A stretch of 64,000 bases of DNA, taken from contig NW_026948111.1 of assembly GCF_963921235.1 (NCBI RefSeq), forward strand, positions 124,001 through 188,000, in the 5' to 3' direction. This document shows, one piece after another, positions 11,606 to 24,660 of this stretch. The notes under the pieces are model-generated. The model was not told the DNA's origin. It searched no databases and saw only the letters and a list, made by a program, of their open reading frames with translations. The stretch's first letter is position 1, and every line of letters begins with the position of its first letter. The DNA comes from Mobula hypostoma. Its lineage: Eukaryota. A program made the translations under genes and the position numbers.

Positions 11606-12534
11606 TAACTGTCCCGCTCTCCTGCCCTGCTGTCCATGAATTCTGCTTGTTCCTCTCCCTCTACCCAGTTGTGCCCAGACACAGCATGCTCTTGGGATTG
11701 CTGTCCCTGTCCCTGCCCCTGCCCCACAGTCAGCACTGACACAGCCATCAGTTCTGCTGATTCACTGTCAGCTGCCTCTGGCCTGATGTCTGTTAACTGC
11801 CCTCCCACAATCTCCAAAGCGATGTTCACACATGCCGTGCAAACAGCCTCCCTGCAGCAACCACTCACTCCGTTTGTCTGCAGTGAGGCGTCTTCTTCAT
11901 CAGACCTCCTACTCCTATCCAGAGTCTCACTGCCCTGGGATCAGACCGGCGATCACCCACCTCCCTGTGGAATTTGTGTTGGCAGAGGGAGGTCTGGAGA
12001 AGAATACAAGATTCACTGTTGAAGTTTGCCCGTAATAGAGAACTGCCTGATCTACGGCTGCTCCCAGGGACAAAGACTGAGAAAGGCAACGGTGCCGGGG
12101 GTGGGAGGGAAAATGGCATGCAGAGGGTGGGTGAGCACAAAACTAGTGTGACCCTCACTCAGTTATTCAGAAACAGCTTCTTCCCTTCCACCATCAGATT
12201 TCTGAACAGTTCATGAAGTAATCCAGTATTCCTTTTTTAATGCATTAGTTATTTTGCCATTTATAGTGATGTTTTATCTTCTCATTGTCCTGCTGTGAGA
12301 AAACACGTCTGACATCATCAGATAGCGATGATAAACCTGATTTTATCTAACTTGATCAGCTGAAGAGTTCTATCACGTTGTTGCTGATTGTCCTGGAAGG
12401 ACCACCATCACCAAGACTGTTAAACACGTTCCATTACCACCATGCAAACCCCATCTCCAGTCAGTTGCTCAGCAGAATGGTCAAAAGAATCACGGTGTAG
12501 AGCCCAGTGACCCTCCTTCCACAGTACATGCGCT

Positions 12535-13365
12535 CATTTGGATGCATCAGCAAGAGAGATGAAGCTGAGTACAGGGCTACGGTAGGAAATTTTGTCATAT
12601 GGTGTGAGCAGAATGATCTGCAGCTTAATGTGAAAAAGACTAAGGAGCTGGTGGTAGACCTGAGGAGAGCTAAGGTACCGGTGACCCGTTTCCATCCAGG
12701 GGGTCAGTGTGGACATGGTGGAGGATTACAAATACCTGGGGATACGAATTGACAATAAACTGGACTGGTCTAAGAACACTGAGGCTGTCTACAAGAAGGG
12801 TCAGAGCCGTCTCTATTTCCTGAGGAGACTGAGGTCCTTTAACATCTGCTGGACGATGCTGAGGATGTTCTACGAGTCTGTGGTGGCCAGTGCTATCATG
12901 TTTGCTGTTGTGTGCTGGGGCAGCAGGCTGAGGGTAGCAGACACCAGCAGAATCAACAAACTCATTCGTAAGGCCAGTGATGTTGTGGGGATGGAACTGG
13001 ACTCTCTCTGACGGTGGTGTCTGAAAAGAGGATGCTGTCTAAGTTGCATGCCATCTTGGACAATGTGACCCATCCACTACATAATGTACTGGGTGGGCAC
13101 AGGAGTACATTCAGCCAGAGACTCATTCCACCGAGATGCAACAGAGTGTCATAGGAAGTCATTCCTGCCTGTGGCCATCAAACTTTACAACTCCTCCCTT
13201 GGAGGGTCAGACACCCTGAGCCAATAGGCTGGTCCAGGACTTATTTCCTGGCATAATTTACATATTACTATTTTATTATTTATAGTTTTATTACTATTTA
13301 ATTATTTATGGTGCAACTGTAACGAAAACCAATTTCCCCCAGGATCAATAAAGTATGACTATGAC
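12535..13365 (+). mobile_element. Rex1/Babar-type LINE, 5'-truncated
   Basis: WCEQNDLQLNVKKTKELVVD, YKYLGIRIDNKLDW and RLYFLRRLRSF; 3' UTR ends AATAAAGTATGACTATGAC. Confidence 0.85.
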
Positions 13366-13779
13366 CACTTGTTTGGTCAATCTTGTAGGAATAAAGTCTC
13401 TCACGATTGTAGTTGTAGCCTACTTGAATTCCCAATTTAATTCCATGCCACACATCACCTCTGCTGTCCAGGGAAAATTCTTAAACTCCACGTTTTCTGT
13501 GTTGTACTATCATTGACCACCCACAGATTTCTCAAAATAATGCCCACCCACCAGTACAATAGCAGTGATTGCTCCTTTACAAAGAGCTTCTTCCCCCTTT
13601 CTCCTTTCCACTCATTCAAAGTATTGCCCAGCCCCATGCACACTTCGACCAATCTGCAGCCAGTTCCATAGCACCAATAACATCACACCATTTATGTCTT
13701 CCTACTTTTAATCTCTGCAGCTTAATGCAAATGTATTGATGCGTTTAGACTTGTCCATTTGGCATGACTCACTCCGCAG

Positions 13780-15590
13780 CTCCAAGCCCTGCCTGCGTTC
13801 GGCCCACCTTTTCTCAGCCTTACAATTTTCCTTTCTCCTTTTCCATCATCCTTCTCTCCACATTTCCCACTCCGTCTCCCTCCTGCTGCCATTCTCGATT
13901 TCCCACTTGATCCCCTTCCGCAGCGATTTTCGATTTCCTGCTCCATCTCCCTCCCACTGAAATTCTCAATCTCCCACTTCTCCATCACCATCATCCTGCC
14001 ACTCTTATAACCATATAACATATAACAATTACAGCACGGAAACAGGCCATCTCGGCCCTTCTGGTCCATGCCAAACTCTTAGTCTCACCTAGTCCCACCG
14101 ACCTGCACTCAGCCCATAACCCTCCATTCCTTTCCTGTCCATATATCTCTCCAATTTTACTGTAAATGACAATATCGAGCCTGCCTTAACCACTTCTGCT
14201 GGAAGCTCGTTCCACACAGCTACCACTCTCTGAGTAAAGAAGTTCCCCCTCATCTTACCCCTAAACTTTTACCCTTTAACTCTCAACTCATATCCTCTTG
14301 TTTTAATCTTCCCCATTCTCAATGGAAAAAGCCTATCCACATCAACTCTATCAATCCCCCTCATAATTTTAAACACCTCTATCAAGTCCCCCCTCAACCT
14401 TCTACGATCCAAAGAATAAAGACCTAACTTGTTCAACCTTTCTCTGTAACTTAGGAGATGAAACCCAGGCAACATTTTAGTAAACCTCCTCTGTACTCTC
14501 TCAATTTTATTGACATTTTTCCTATAATTCGGTGACCAGAACTGTACACAATACTCCAAATTTGGCCTTACCAATGCCTTATACAATTTCAACATTACAT
14601 CCCAACTCCTATATTCAATGCTCTGATTTATAAAGGCCAGCATACCAAAAGCTTTCTTCACCACCCTATCCACGTGAGATTCCACCTTCAGGGAACTATG
14701 CACCATTATTCCTACATCCCTCTGTTCTACAGCATTCTTCAATGCCCCACCATTTACCATGTATGTCCTATTTTGACTAGTCCTACCAAAATGTAGCATT
14801 TCACATTTATCAGCATTAAGCTCCATCTGCCATCTTTCAGCCCACTCTTCTAACTAACCTGAATCTCTCTGCAAGCTTTGAAAACCTACCTCATCATCCA
14901 CAATACCACCACCTATCTTAGTATCATCTGCATACTTACTAATCCAATTTACCACCCCATCATCCAGATCATTAATGTATATGACAAACAACATTGGACC
15001 CAGTAGAGATCCCTGAGGCACACCCTCTCCCTCCTCTGCCATTCTTGATTTCCCATTCCTCCATCTCCATCTCTGCCTTTATCAATTTCCCATTCCTGTC
15101 TCCTCCCTGCCTTTATCAATTACCCATTTCCTCTCCCTCCTCTGCCATTTTCGATTTCCCACTCCTGTCTCCCTCTCCCTGCAATTCTCGATTTCCCACT
15201 CCTGTCTCCCTCTCCCTGCAATTCTCGATTTCCCACTCCTGTCTCCCTCTCCCTGCAATTCTCGATTTCCCACTCCTGTCTGCTCTTCTCAATTTCCCAT
15301 TGTCTCCCTCCCGCTGCCGTTCTCCATTTCCCACACCTCCTCCCACCCCAATATTCCCAATTTCGCCCTTCTCCATCTTCTTCTACCTGCCATTCTCAAT
15401 TTCTAACAACCAAGTCTCCCTCCTACTGATATTCTCCATTTCCTACTGATATTCTCCATTTCCCACTGCTCCATCTCCCTCTGCCTGCAATTTTCAATTT
15501 CCCACTCCTCCATACCCGTCCCACTGACATTCCCAATTTTCCACTCCCGGCTCTCCCTCTCCCTGCCGTTCTTACTGATGCTCACCCACT
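13780..15590. repeat. Degenerate CT-rich ~37-bp repeat (GCAATTCTCGATTTCCCACTCCTGTCTCCCTCTCCCT), split by a CR1 insertion
   Basis: Period 37 at 15181/15218/15255; related units on both sides of 14007-15021. Confidence 0.75.
14007..15021 (-). mobile_element. CR1 LINE, 5'-truncated
   Basis: GVPQGSLLGP, YADD and CR1 C-terminus; tail ATAACCATATAACATATAAC at 14007. Confidence 0.92.
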
Positions 15591-15829
15591 CCGTCAGCAC
15601 CAGCAAACACTTCAATATGGACATGGATTCTAGTCCTGTAAAGTAACCCTAACGCGACACCAATGGTACAACGGAGCACAGAACAGACCCTCGGTCCACG
15701 CGCTCCCTACCGAACGGACCCTCGGTCCGCGCTCTCTGTGTGAACGGACCCTCGGTCCGCGCTCTCTGTACTGAAAACCCCTCAGGTTGAACGAACAGAA
15801 TAAGTATTTTGCTGCCATCTTCATATTGA

Positions 15830-17020
15830 AGACACTAGTAGTATTCCAGAAGTTCCAGTCTGTCGGGGCTTGAAGAAGTAAATGAAGTCACTATTACTGG
15901 GGAGAATGGACCTGGGAAACTGAAGGGTTTGAAGATAGATGAGTCACCCGGCCCAAATAGTTTACCCACACGGTTATGAAAGAGGCGGCTGATGGGATTG
16001 TAAAGGCATTAGTAATGATCTTTCAAGAATCAATGGAATCTGGAATGTTCCGGGGGATTGGAAAATTGCAATGTCACTCCACTCTCGAAGAAGGGAGAGA
16101 GGAGGAATAAAGGAATCTACAGGCTCGTTTGTTGACCTCAGTGGATGGGAAAATGTCAGACCCAATTGTTTCAGGACACTTGGAGGCACGTGACCAAATA
16201 AGCCATATTCAGCATGGTTTCCTCAAGGGAAAATCATGCCTGACAAATCTGCTGGAATTCTTTGAAGAAATAAGTATACGGACATGCACTTTGGTAGAAG
16301 AAATGAAAGTATGGACTTGTTTCTAAATGGAAAGAAAATTCAAAAATCTTTGGTGCAAATGAACTTGGGAGTCCTTGGGCAGGATTCCCTTAAGGGTTAA
16401 TTTGTACGTTGAGTCTCTGGTGAAGGAGGTAAATATGATGTTAGCATTCATTTCAAGAGGACTAGAATATAAAAGCAAGGAAGTAATGTTGAGACTTTGT
16501 GAAGCACTGGTGAGGCCTCACTTGGAGTAGTGTGAGCAGCTTTGGGCCCCTCATCTCAGAAAGGAAGTGCTGACACTGGAGAGGATTCAAAGGAAGCTCA
16601 AGGAAATGTTCCCAGGATTGAAAGGCTCGTCATCTGAGCGGTGCTTGACGACTCTGGGCCCACACTTACCGGAATTCAGAAGAATGCTGAAAGGCCTCGA
16701 AAGAGTGGATATGGAGAGGATGGTTCCTGTAGTGGGGAAGTCTAGGTCCAGAGGACACAGCCTCAGAACAGTGGGACATCCACTTAGAATGGAGATGAGG
16801 AAGAATTTCTCCAGCCAGGGAGTGGTGTATCTGTAGAATCTGTTGCCACAGTGGCTGTGAAAGTCAAGTTATTGGGTATAGTTGGGGCAGATGTTGATTA
16901 TGACATGAAGGTATATGGGGAGAAGGCAGGAGACTGGGACTAAGAAGGGAAAATCGGATCAGCCATGATGAAATGGCAGAGCAGAGTTGATAGGCCTAAT
17001 TCTGCTCCTGTATCTTATGG
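15830..17020 (+). mobile_element. Degraded CR1 ORF2 with internal deletions
   Basis: QHGFLKGKSCLTNLLEFFEE, C-terminal CR1 motifs and 3' end (GGCCTAATTCTGCTCCTGTATCTTATGG). Confidence 0.8.
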
Positions 17021-17325
17021 TGATTTTCCTTCTTTACCACTCTGTCACCCTGAGCAGCCACTTTTATGGAGCTACGTACCTGGACCCATGATGCCTCTAT
17101 TAAGGATCCTGACATTAACTGTGTACTCTTCCTTTATGTTTGACCTTCTGAAGTGTAGCACATCACAGTTGCCTGGATTAAACTCCATCTGTCATTCTCC
17201 ACCCATACCTGCAACTCATCTACAGATACCATGCTGTATCCTTTGGTAGTCTTTGTACAATTCTCAATGCCACCAATACTGCCAATTTACTCACCCACCT
17301 CACCTAATTTTCATCCAAATCAAAC

Positions 17326-17440
17326 AGAGATCCCAGTCCAGATCCGTGTGGAACACCACCAGTCAGAGATCTCCAGTCAGAGTAATATCACAACTGCGGA
17401 GACCCCAGTCCAGATCCGTGTGGAACACCACCAGTCACAG
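17326..17440. repeat. Two-copy direct repeat (GAGAYCCCAGTCCAGATCCGTGTGGAACACCACCAGTCA)
   Basis: Near-identical ~40-bp blocks at ~17327 and ~17400. Confidence 0.8.
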
Positions 17441-17700
17441 TTTTGACCAGTAGCCAATCTGGACATCAGGAGGTGACCTCAATCAGGTCCACTATCCGAG
17501 GATAAAAGGTAGCAGCGGGTCAGTACAGCACAAAAGTGTTTTGACCAGCGACCAATCAGCGTTTGGGATTGATTAGCAAGAGCAAATTAAAGAAAGGCAG
17601 GGCAAGAGCAGCGGCCATTGTCTGAGCAGACAGAGACTTGAGGCTTTAGCTCTTCAAGGTTTCAGCAAAGAGAGGCTTCAGTCAGAGAAAGCAAAAGAAA

Positions 17701-20205
17701 GAAACCATAGAAACCATAGAAACTACAGCACAGGAACAGGCCTTTTGGCCCTTCTTGGCTGTGCCGAACCATTTTCTGCCTAGTCCCACTGACCTGCACA
17801 CGGACCATATCCCTCCATACACCTCCCATCCATGTATCTGTCCAATTTATTCTTAAATGTTAAAAAAGAACCCGCATTTACCACCTCGTCTGGCAGCTCA
17901 TTCCATACTCCCACCACTCTCTGTGTGAAGAAGCCCCCCCTAATGTTCCCTTTAAACTTTTCTCCCCTCACTCTTAACCCATGTCCTCTGGTTTTTTTCT
18001 CCCCTTGCCTCAGTGGAAAAAGCCTACTTGCATTCACTCTGTCTATACCCATCATAATTTTATATACCTCTATCAAATCTCCCCTCATTCTTCTATGCTC
18101 CAGAGAATAAAGTCCTAAACTATTCAACCTTTCTCTGTAACTGAGTTTCTCAAGTCCCGGCAACATCCTTGTAAACCTTCTCTGCACTCTTTCAACCTTA
18201 TTTATATCCTTCCTGTAATTTGGTGACCAAAACTGAACACAATACTCCAGATTCGGCCTCACCAATGCCTTATACAACCTCATCATAACATTCCAGCTCT
18301 TATACTCAATACTTTGATTAATAAAGGCCAATGTACCAAAAGCTCTCTTTACGACCCTATCTACCTGTGACACCACTTTTAGGGAATTTTGTATCTGTAT
18401 TCCCAGATCCCTCTGTTCTACTGCACTCCTCAGTGCCTTACCATTAACCCTGTATGTTCTACGTTGGTTTGTCCTTCCAACGTGCAATACCTCACACTTG
18501 TCTGTATTAAACTCCATCTGCCATTTTTCAGCCCATTTTTCCAGCTGGTCCAAGTCCCGCTGCAGGCTCTGAAAACCTTCCTCACTGTCTACTACACCTC
18601 CAATCTTTGTATCATCAGCAAACTTGCTGATCCAATTTACCACATTATCATCCAGATCATTGATATAGATGACAAATAACAATGGACCCAGCACTGATCC
18701 CTGTGGCACACCACTAGTCACAGGCCTCCACTCGGAGAAGCAATTCTCTACACCACTCTCTGGCTTCTTCCATTGAACCAATGTCTAATCCAATTTACCA
18801 CCTCTCCATGTATACCTAGCGACTGAATTTTCCTAACTAACCTCCCATGCGGGACCTTGTCAAAGGCCTTACTGAAGTCCATGCAGACAATATCCACTGC
18901 CTTCCCTTCATCCATTTTCCTGGTAACCTCCTCGAAAAACTCCAATAGATTGGTCAAACATGACCTACCACGCACAAAGCCATGTTGACTCTCCCTAATA
19001 AGTCCCAGTCTATCCAAATGCTTGTAGATTCTGTCTCTTAGTACTCCCTCCAATAACTTACCTACTACCGACGTTAAACTTACTGGCCTATAATTTCCCA
19101 GATTACTTTCGATCCTTTTTTAAACAACGGAACAACATGAGTCACTCTCCAATCCTCCAGCACCTCACCTGTAGACAGCGACATTTTAAATATTTCAGCC
19201 AGGGCCCCTGCAATTTCAACACTAGTCTCCTTCAAGGTCCAAGGGAACATCCTGTCAGGTCCCGGGGCTTTATCCACTTTAATTTTCCTCAAGACAGCAA
19301 GGACCTCCTACTTTTCGATCGGTACAGTTTCCATGATCTCACTACTTGTTTCCCCTAATTCCATAGACTTCATGCCAGTTTCCTTAGTAAATACAGATGC
19401 AAAAATCCTATTTAAGATCTCCCCCATTTCCTTTGGTTCCGCACATAGGCAACCACTCTGATCTTCAAGAGGACCAATTTTATCCCTTACAATCCTTTTG
19501 CTCTTAATATACCTGTAAAAACTCTTTGAATTATCCTTCACTTTGACTGCCAAGGCAACCTCATGTCTTCTTTTAGCACTCCTGATTTCTTTCTTAAGTA
19601 TTTTCTTGCACTTCTTATACACCTCAAGCACCTGATTTACTCCCTGCTTCCTATACATGTCATACAACTCCCTCTTCTTCTTTACCAGAGTTGCAATATC
19701 CCTTGAGAACCAAGGTTCCTTATTCCTATTCACTTTGCCTTTACTCCTGACAGGAACATACAAATTCTGCGCTCTCAAAATTTCTCCTTTGAAGGCTTCC
19801 CACCTACCGATCACATCCTTGCCAGAGAACAACCTGTCCCAATCCACGCTTTTTACATCCTTTCTCATTTCTTCAAATTTGGCCTTCTTCCAGTTAAGAA
19901 CCTCAACCCTAGGACCAGATCTATCCTTGTCCATGATCAAGTTGAAACTAATGGTGTTATGATCACTGGAACCAAAGTGCTCCCCTACACAGACTTCTGT
20001 CACTTGTCCTAACTCATTTCCTAACAGGAGATCCAATATTGCATCCCCTCTAGTTGGTCCCTCTATATATTGATTTAGAAAACTTTCCTGAACACATTTT
20101 ACAAACTCTAAACCATCTAGACCCCTAACAGTATGGGAGACCCAATCAATATATGGAAAATTAAAATCCCCTACCACCACAACTTTATGTTTCCTGCAGT
20201 TGCCT
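17701..20205 (-). mobile_element. Relatively young CR1 LINE (most of ORF2)
   Basis: Long ORF pieces 20180-19308 (endonuclease), 19292-19080, 19053-18748 and 18781-17780 (RT with FADD); (GAAACCATA)n tail at 17701. Confidence 0.95.
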
Positions 20206-20856
20206 CACAAACGCTCACATTTTTTTCTTTCTCTTTATATCTGCTCAGCTAGGACAGACAGAATAATTGAATGCTCCTCCTGCAGGATGTGGGAAGGCAG
20301 GGAGGCCTCCAGTCCCTCACGACTACAGCTGCGCCAAGTGCATCCAGTTGTAGATTCTAACAAACTGTATGAAGGAGCTGGAGCTGGAACTGGATAAAGC
20401 CCGGATCACTCGGGAGGCTGCGGGGGTGAGAGATAGGACACAGAGAGGTAGTTACACCCAAGGTATGGGACACAGGAAACTGGGTGACCGTCAGGAAGGG
20501 GAAAGAAGTTAAGGAGCCAGTGCAGAGGTGTATTGCTTTGGATATTGTCGGGGTGGGGGGCGGTGGGGGAGGTGACCCAACAGAGGAACGTCACAGTGGT
20601 TGAGTCTCTGGCACAGATGGGGGATTCATTAGTTAGGGAAATGTACGGGAGGTTCTGTGGGCAAGAACAAGATTCCCAAATGGTATATTGCCTCCCAGGA
20701 GCCAGAGTCTGGTACATCTCTGATCAAGTCCTTAGCATTCTTAAGTGAACAGCCAGAAACCATGGTCCATGTAGGTACCAGTGACACGGGTAGGACAGCT
20801 GACAAGATTCTACACAGGGAGTTCAGGGAGTTAGATGCTACGTTAAAGGGAGGACC

Positions 20857-21230
20857 AACACACACAAAATGCTGGAGGAACTCAGCAGGCCAGGCAGCAT
20901 CTAGGAAAAGAGTACAGTCGGCAGGACAGGAGAAAAAAAAGTTGAGCAGCAGATTTAAAAGGTGAGGGAGGGGAAGAGAAAAACCAGGTGAGAGGTGAAA
21001 CCTGAAGGAGGAGGGGATGAAGCAAAGAGCTGGGAAGTTGATCGGAGGAAGAGACAGAAGGCCGTGGAAAAAAGAACAGGGAGAGCAGTGCCAGTGGGAC
21101 GTGATGGGTGGGCAGTGAGGGGGGAAAAGGGATAGGAAATCGTGAAGCAGAGGGATGGGGGGGCATTACCAGAAGTTCAAGAAACCGATGTACATGCCAT
21201 CACATTGGGGCTACCCAAGAAGTATACAAG
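20857..21230 (-). mobile_element. Penelope-like element 3' fragment (ORF C-terminus plus terminal region)
   Basis: Minus strand LVYFLGSPQCDGMYIGFLNFW* resembles the PLE ORF end (L.P.G.N motif); shares its terminal region with 55363-55740; the hammerhead core is deleted at ~20920. Confidence 0.7.
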
Positions 21231-21826
21231 GTGGGATTGAGAGGGTGAACAGCTTTAAGTTCCTCAGCATACACATCCCCGAGGATCTCACGTGGACTGC
21301 ACATACTGGCTGTGTGGTGAAGAAAGCACAACTGCGTCTCTTTCACCTCAGACGGTGGAAGGAGTTTGGCATGAATCCCCAAATCCTAAGGACTTTCTAC
21401 AGGGGCACAATTGAGAGCATCCTGACTGGCTGCATCACTGCCTGGTATGGGAACTGTACTTCCCTCAATCGCAGGACTCTGCTGAGAGTGGTGCGGACAG
21501 CCCAGCGCATCTGTAGTTGTCAATTTCCCACTATACAGGACATTTACAGAGACAGGCGCGTAAAAAGGGCCTGAAGATCATTGGGGACCCTAGTCACCCC
21601 AACCACAAACTGTTCCATCTGGGAAACAGTACCGCAGCATAAAAGCCAGTACCAACAAGCTCTGGGACAGCTTCTTCCACCAGGCCATCAGACTGATTAA
21701 TTCACACTGATACAATTGTTATGCTAAATGAATTGTCCTGATATACATACTAGTTATTACAAATTACTATAAAGATTTTTACTCCTCGTGTATGTGAAGG
21801 ATGTAAGAAATAAAGTAAATTCAATT
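21231..21826 (+). mobile_element. Rex1/Babar-type LINE 3' part
   Basis: VNSFKFLSIHIPEDLTW and FYRGTIESILTGCITAWYGNC; ends AATAAAGTAAATTCAATTCA. Confidence 0.85.
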
Positions 21827-21989
21827 CACATTGATATTTAAACCAGAGTTGCAGGGAGATAGGAACGAAAAAGCTGGAACAGTCAGTGGAGAGGTTGTGG
21901 AGGCAGATGCTGGTAAGACCTCAGACAAAGTAACGAATCAAAATGTTGAACATGGTGCAACTGGTGTGCTGAGCTGCATATATGTCAAT

Positions 21990-22311
21990 GTCAAAGGCCT
22001 GGGCGTCGACATCAACATGTGGGAGACACTTGCCCTCGACCGTCCAGCTTGGCGCAGCAAGATCACCACAGGAGCCCGTGCAGCTGAAGTCAGGCGCATC
22101 ATCGAGGCGCAACGAAAGCGTGCTGTGCGCAAGGCCTGAGCAGCATCCACTGCCATGACAGCCCCCTTCCCACTTGTGTCCCACATGTGCACGAGCCTTC
22201 AGGGCCCGGATTGGCCTCATCAGTCACCTCCGGACCCACAGCCACCAATCTCCTATTTGACTTGGAAGCTATAGTCATCTTTGACTACGAAGGACGAACA
22301 ACAACAACAAC
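21990..22311 (+). mobile_element. RTE-clade LINE 3' fragment with TSD
   Basis: WETLALDRPAWRS and CPTCARAFRARIGLISHLRTH zinc finger; (CAA)n tail; TSD ATGTCAAT at 21982-21989 and 22312-22319. Confidence 0.88.
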
Positions 22312-22349
22312 ATGTCAATACAAGACGTATTGTAGGAAAGGTGAATGAT

Positions 22350-23075
22350 AATGCTGAAGCTGAGGTAGCTGGCTGAGTTGTGAGGAAAGGCTGTTGATAG
22401 GATGAAACTGCAGTCAACAGGATGAGTTGCAAAGTAAAAAGCGGACAAAATCAAAAGGGGAATACAGGAATATGACTGAAGGTGTCATCTGAATGCATGT
22501 AGTGTACAGAATAAGGCAGATGAACTTGCAGCATAGTTGCAGATTGGCATGTATGATATTGTAGGCATCACTGAATCATGGCTGAAAGATTATAGCTGGG
22601 AGCTTAATGTCCAAGGATACACATTGTATCGAAAGGACAGGCAGGAAGGCAAAGGGGGTGGTGTTGCTCTGTTGGTGAAAAAAATCAAATCATTAGAAAG
22701 AGGTGGCACAGGGTCAGAAGGTCCTGCATCATTGTGGACAGGACTGAGGAACTGTAAGGTTAAAAAGACCCTGATGGGAGTCGTGTATAGAGTAGTAAGG
22801 ATGTGACTGACAAATTACAGCAGGAGACAGAAAATGCATGCTAAAAGGGCAGTGCTACTATAGTCATGGAGGATTTCATAATGCAGACATCGGAAAAATC
22901 AGACTGGTGCTGGATTACAGGAGGGGAAATTTCTAGAGTGCCTGCGAGATGGCTTTTGAGATCAGCTGATGGTTGAGCCCACTGGGGATCAGCTATTCTG
23001 GATTGGGTGTTGTTCAATGAACCAGAATTGATTAGGGAGCTTAAGGTAAAAGAACCCTTCGGGGTAAGTGATCAA
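22350..23075 (+). mobile_element. Degraded CR1 endonuclease region
   Basis: YDIVGITESWL...YRKDRQEGKGGGVALLVK. Confidence 0.8.
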
Positions 23076-24660
23076 ATTCACCATATCCTTTGATGCCCTG
23101 ACTGATCAGGAAACTATCAATTTCTGCCTGAAATACACTCACAGACTTGGCCTCCACCGTGACAGAGCATTCTACAGATTCAGTATAGTCTCTGGCTAAA
23201 GAAATTTCACCTTACCTCTGTTCCAAAAGGTCATCCCTCAATTCTGAGGCTGTGCCCTCTAGTTCTGGATACCCCCACCATAGGAAACATCTCTCCACAT
23301 CCACCCTATCTAGTCCTTTCAACATTCAATAGGTTTCAATGAGATCCCAACGCATTCTTCTAAGTTCCAGTGAGTACAGGCCCAAAGCTCCTCTTGTCAA
23401 ATGCTCCTCATATGTTAACCCCTTCATTCCCAGAATCATCCTCATAAACCTCCTCTGAACTCTCTCCACTGACAACATATCTTTTCTGAGATACGGGGCC
23501 CAAACCCATATGATGGAGACGGATGTGAAAACACAGAGAAACATCTGGGAAAATTTCTGAAACGCCAGTTTGCTACTGTTGTTACTACGTGATTGGGAAT
23601 CTTTCAGTGGGAAGGCCTCAAAATCCCTGGCTTTGCCTGCTGTTGGCAACCGAGATGGAGGTCGAATCGTTTGGATAGAGATGGCACTCAGTACTCTGTG
23701 TCGGAGAGCAGATCAGAGCTCGAAGTTTTTGGATGACTCAGAGTCGGACCGTGGTCGGGTATGGCAGGGAGAGTTTTTCTTCCTTCTCCCGTCTGCGTGA
23801 AATGTGGGACATTTGAGAGACTTTGAACTTTTTACTGTGCTCATGGACTTCTTCATCAAGTTATGGTATTGTTGCACTGTTGTAAATATATGTTATAATT
23901 ATGTGGTTTTGTAAGTTTTTTCAGTCTTGGTCTGTCCTGTGTTTTGTGATATCACACCGGAGGAAATATTGTATCATTTCTTAATGCATGCATTACTAAA
24001 TGACAATAAAAGAGGATTTTGTGTCTTCATAATCTAAATAAAAAATCTAAACGGTTGACAATACTCCAAGTGTGGCCTAACTAGTGTCTTATAAAGGCTC
24101 AGCATTATCTCCTTGTTTTTATATTCTATTCCCCTTGAAATAAATGCTAACTTTGCATTTGCCTTCTTTACCACAGACTCGACCTGTAAATTAACCTTCT
24201 GGGAGTCTTGCACGAGGACTCCCCAGTCCCTCTGCATCTCTGATGTTTGAACCTTTTCCCCATTTAGATAATAGTCTGCACTATTGTTCCTTTTACCAAA
24301 ATGCATTATCATACGTTCCCACTTACTTCCATTTGCCACTCTTTTGCCCATTCTTCCAATTTGTCTAAGTCCTGCTGCAATTGCATTGCTTCCTCAGCAC
24401 AACTTACTACTCCACCTAACTTCGTATCATCCACAGACTTTGCCACAAAACCATCAATTCCATTATACAAATTATTGACAGACAATGTGAAAAGTACTGA
24501 CCACTGACGAACACCACTGGTCACTGGGCAGTCAACCAAAGGCCCTCTTTATTCCCACTCACTGCCTCCTGCCTGTCAGCCATTCCTCTATCCATACCAG
24601 TATCTTTCCCGTTATATCATCTTGTTTAGCAGCCTCACGTGTGGGACCTTATCAAATGCC
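23076..24660 (-). mobile_element. Degraded CR1 RT/C-terminus, interrupted at ~23507-24047 by a plus-strand LINE-like 3' UTR fragment
   Basis: DDTKLGG and TLVRPHLEYC continue into WAPYLRKD across the insert; the insert ends in AATAAA...AATCT. Confidence 0.75.

Larger units (their letters stand above)
20210..22345 (+). mobile_element. Older CR1 ORF1 (zinc-finger/coiled-coil plus SGNH esterase) to ORF2 start, fragmented by nested insertions; probable 5' UTR at ~17440-17700
   Basis: ECSSCRMWE..C..C, ELELELD, GDSLVR, CLPGARV and VHVGTSD; ORF2 start LSCIY.N at ~21970 resumes after 22320. Confidence 0.8.
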
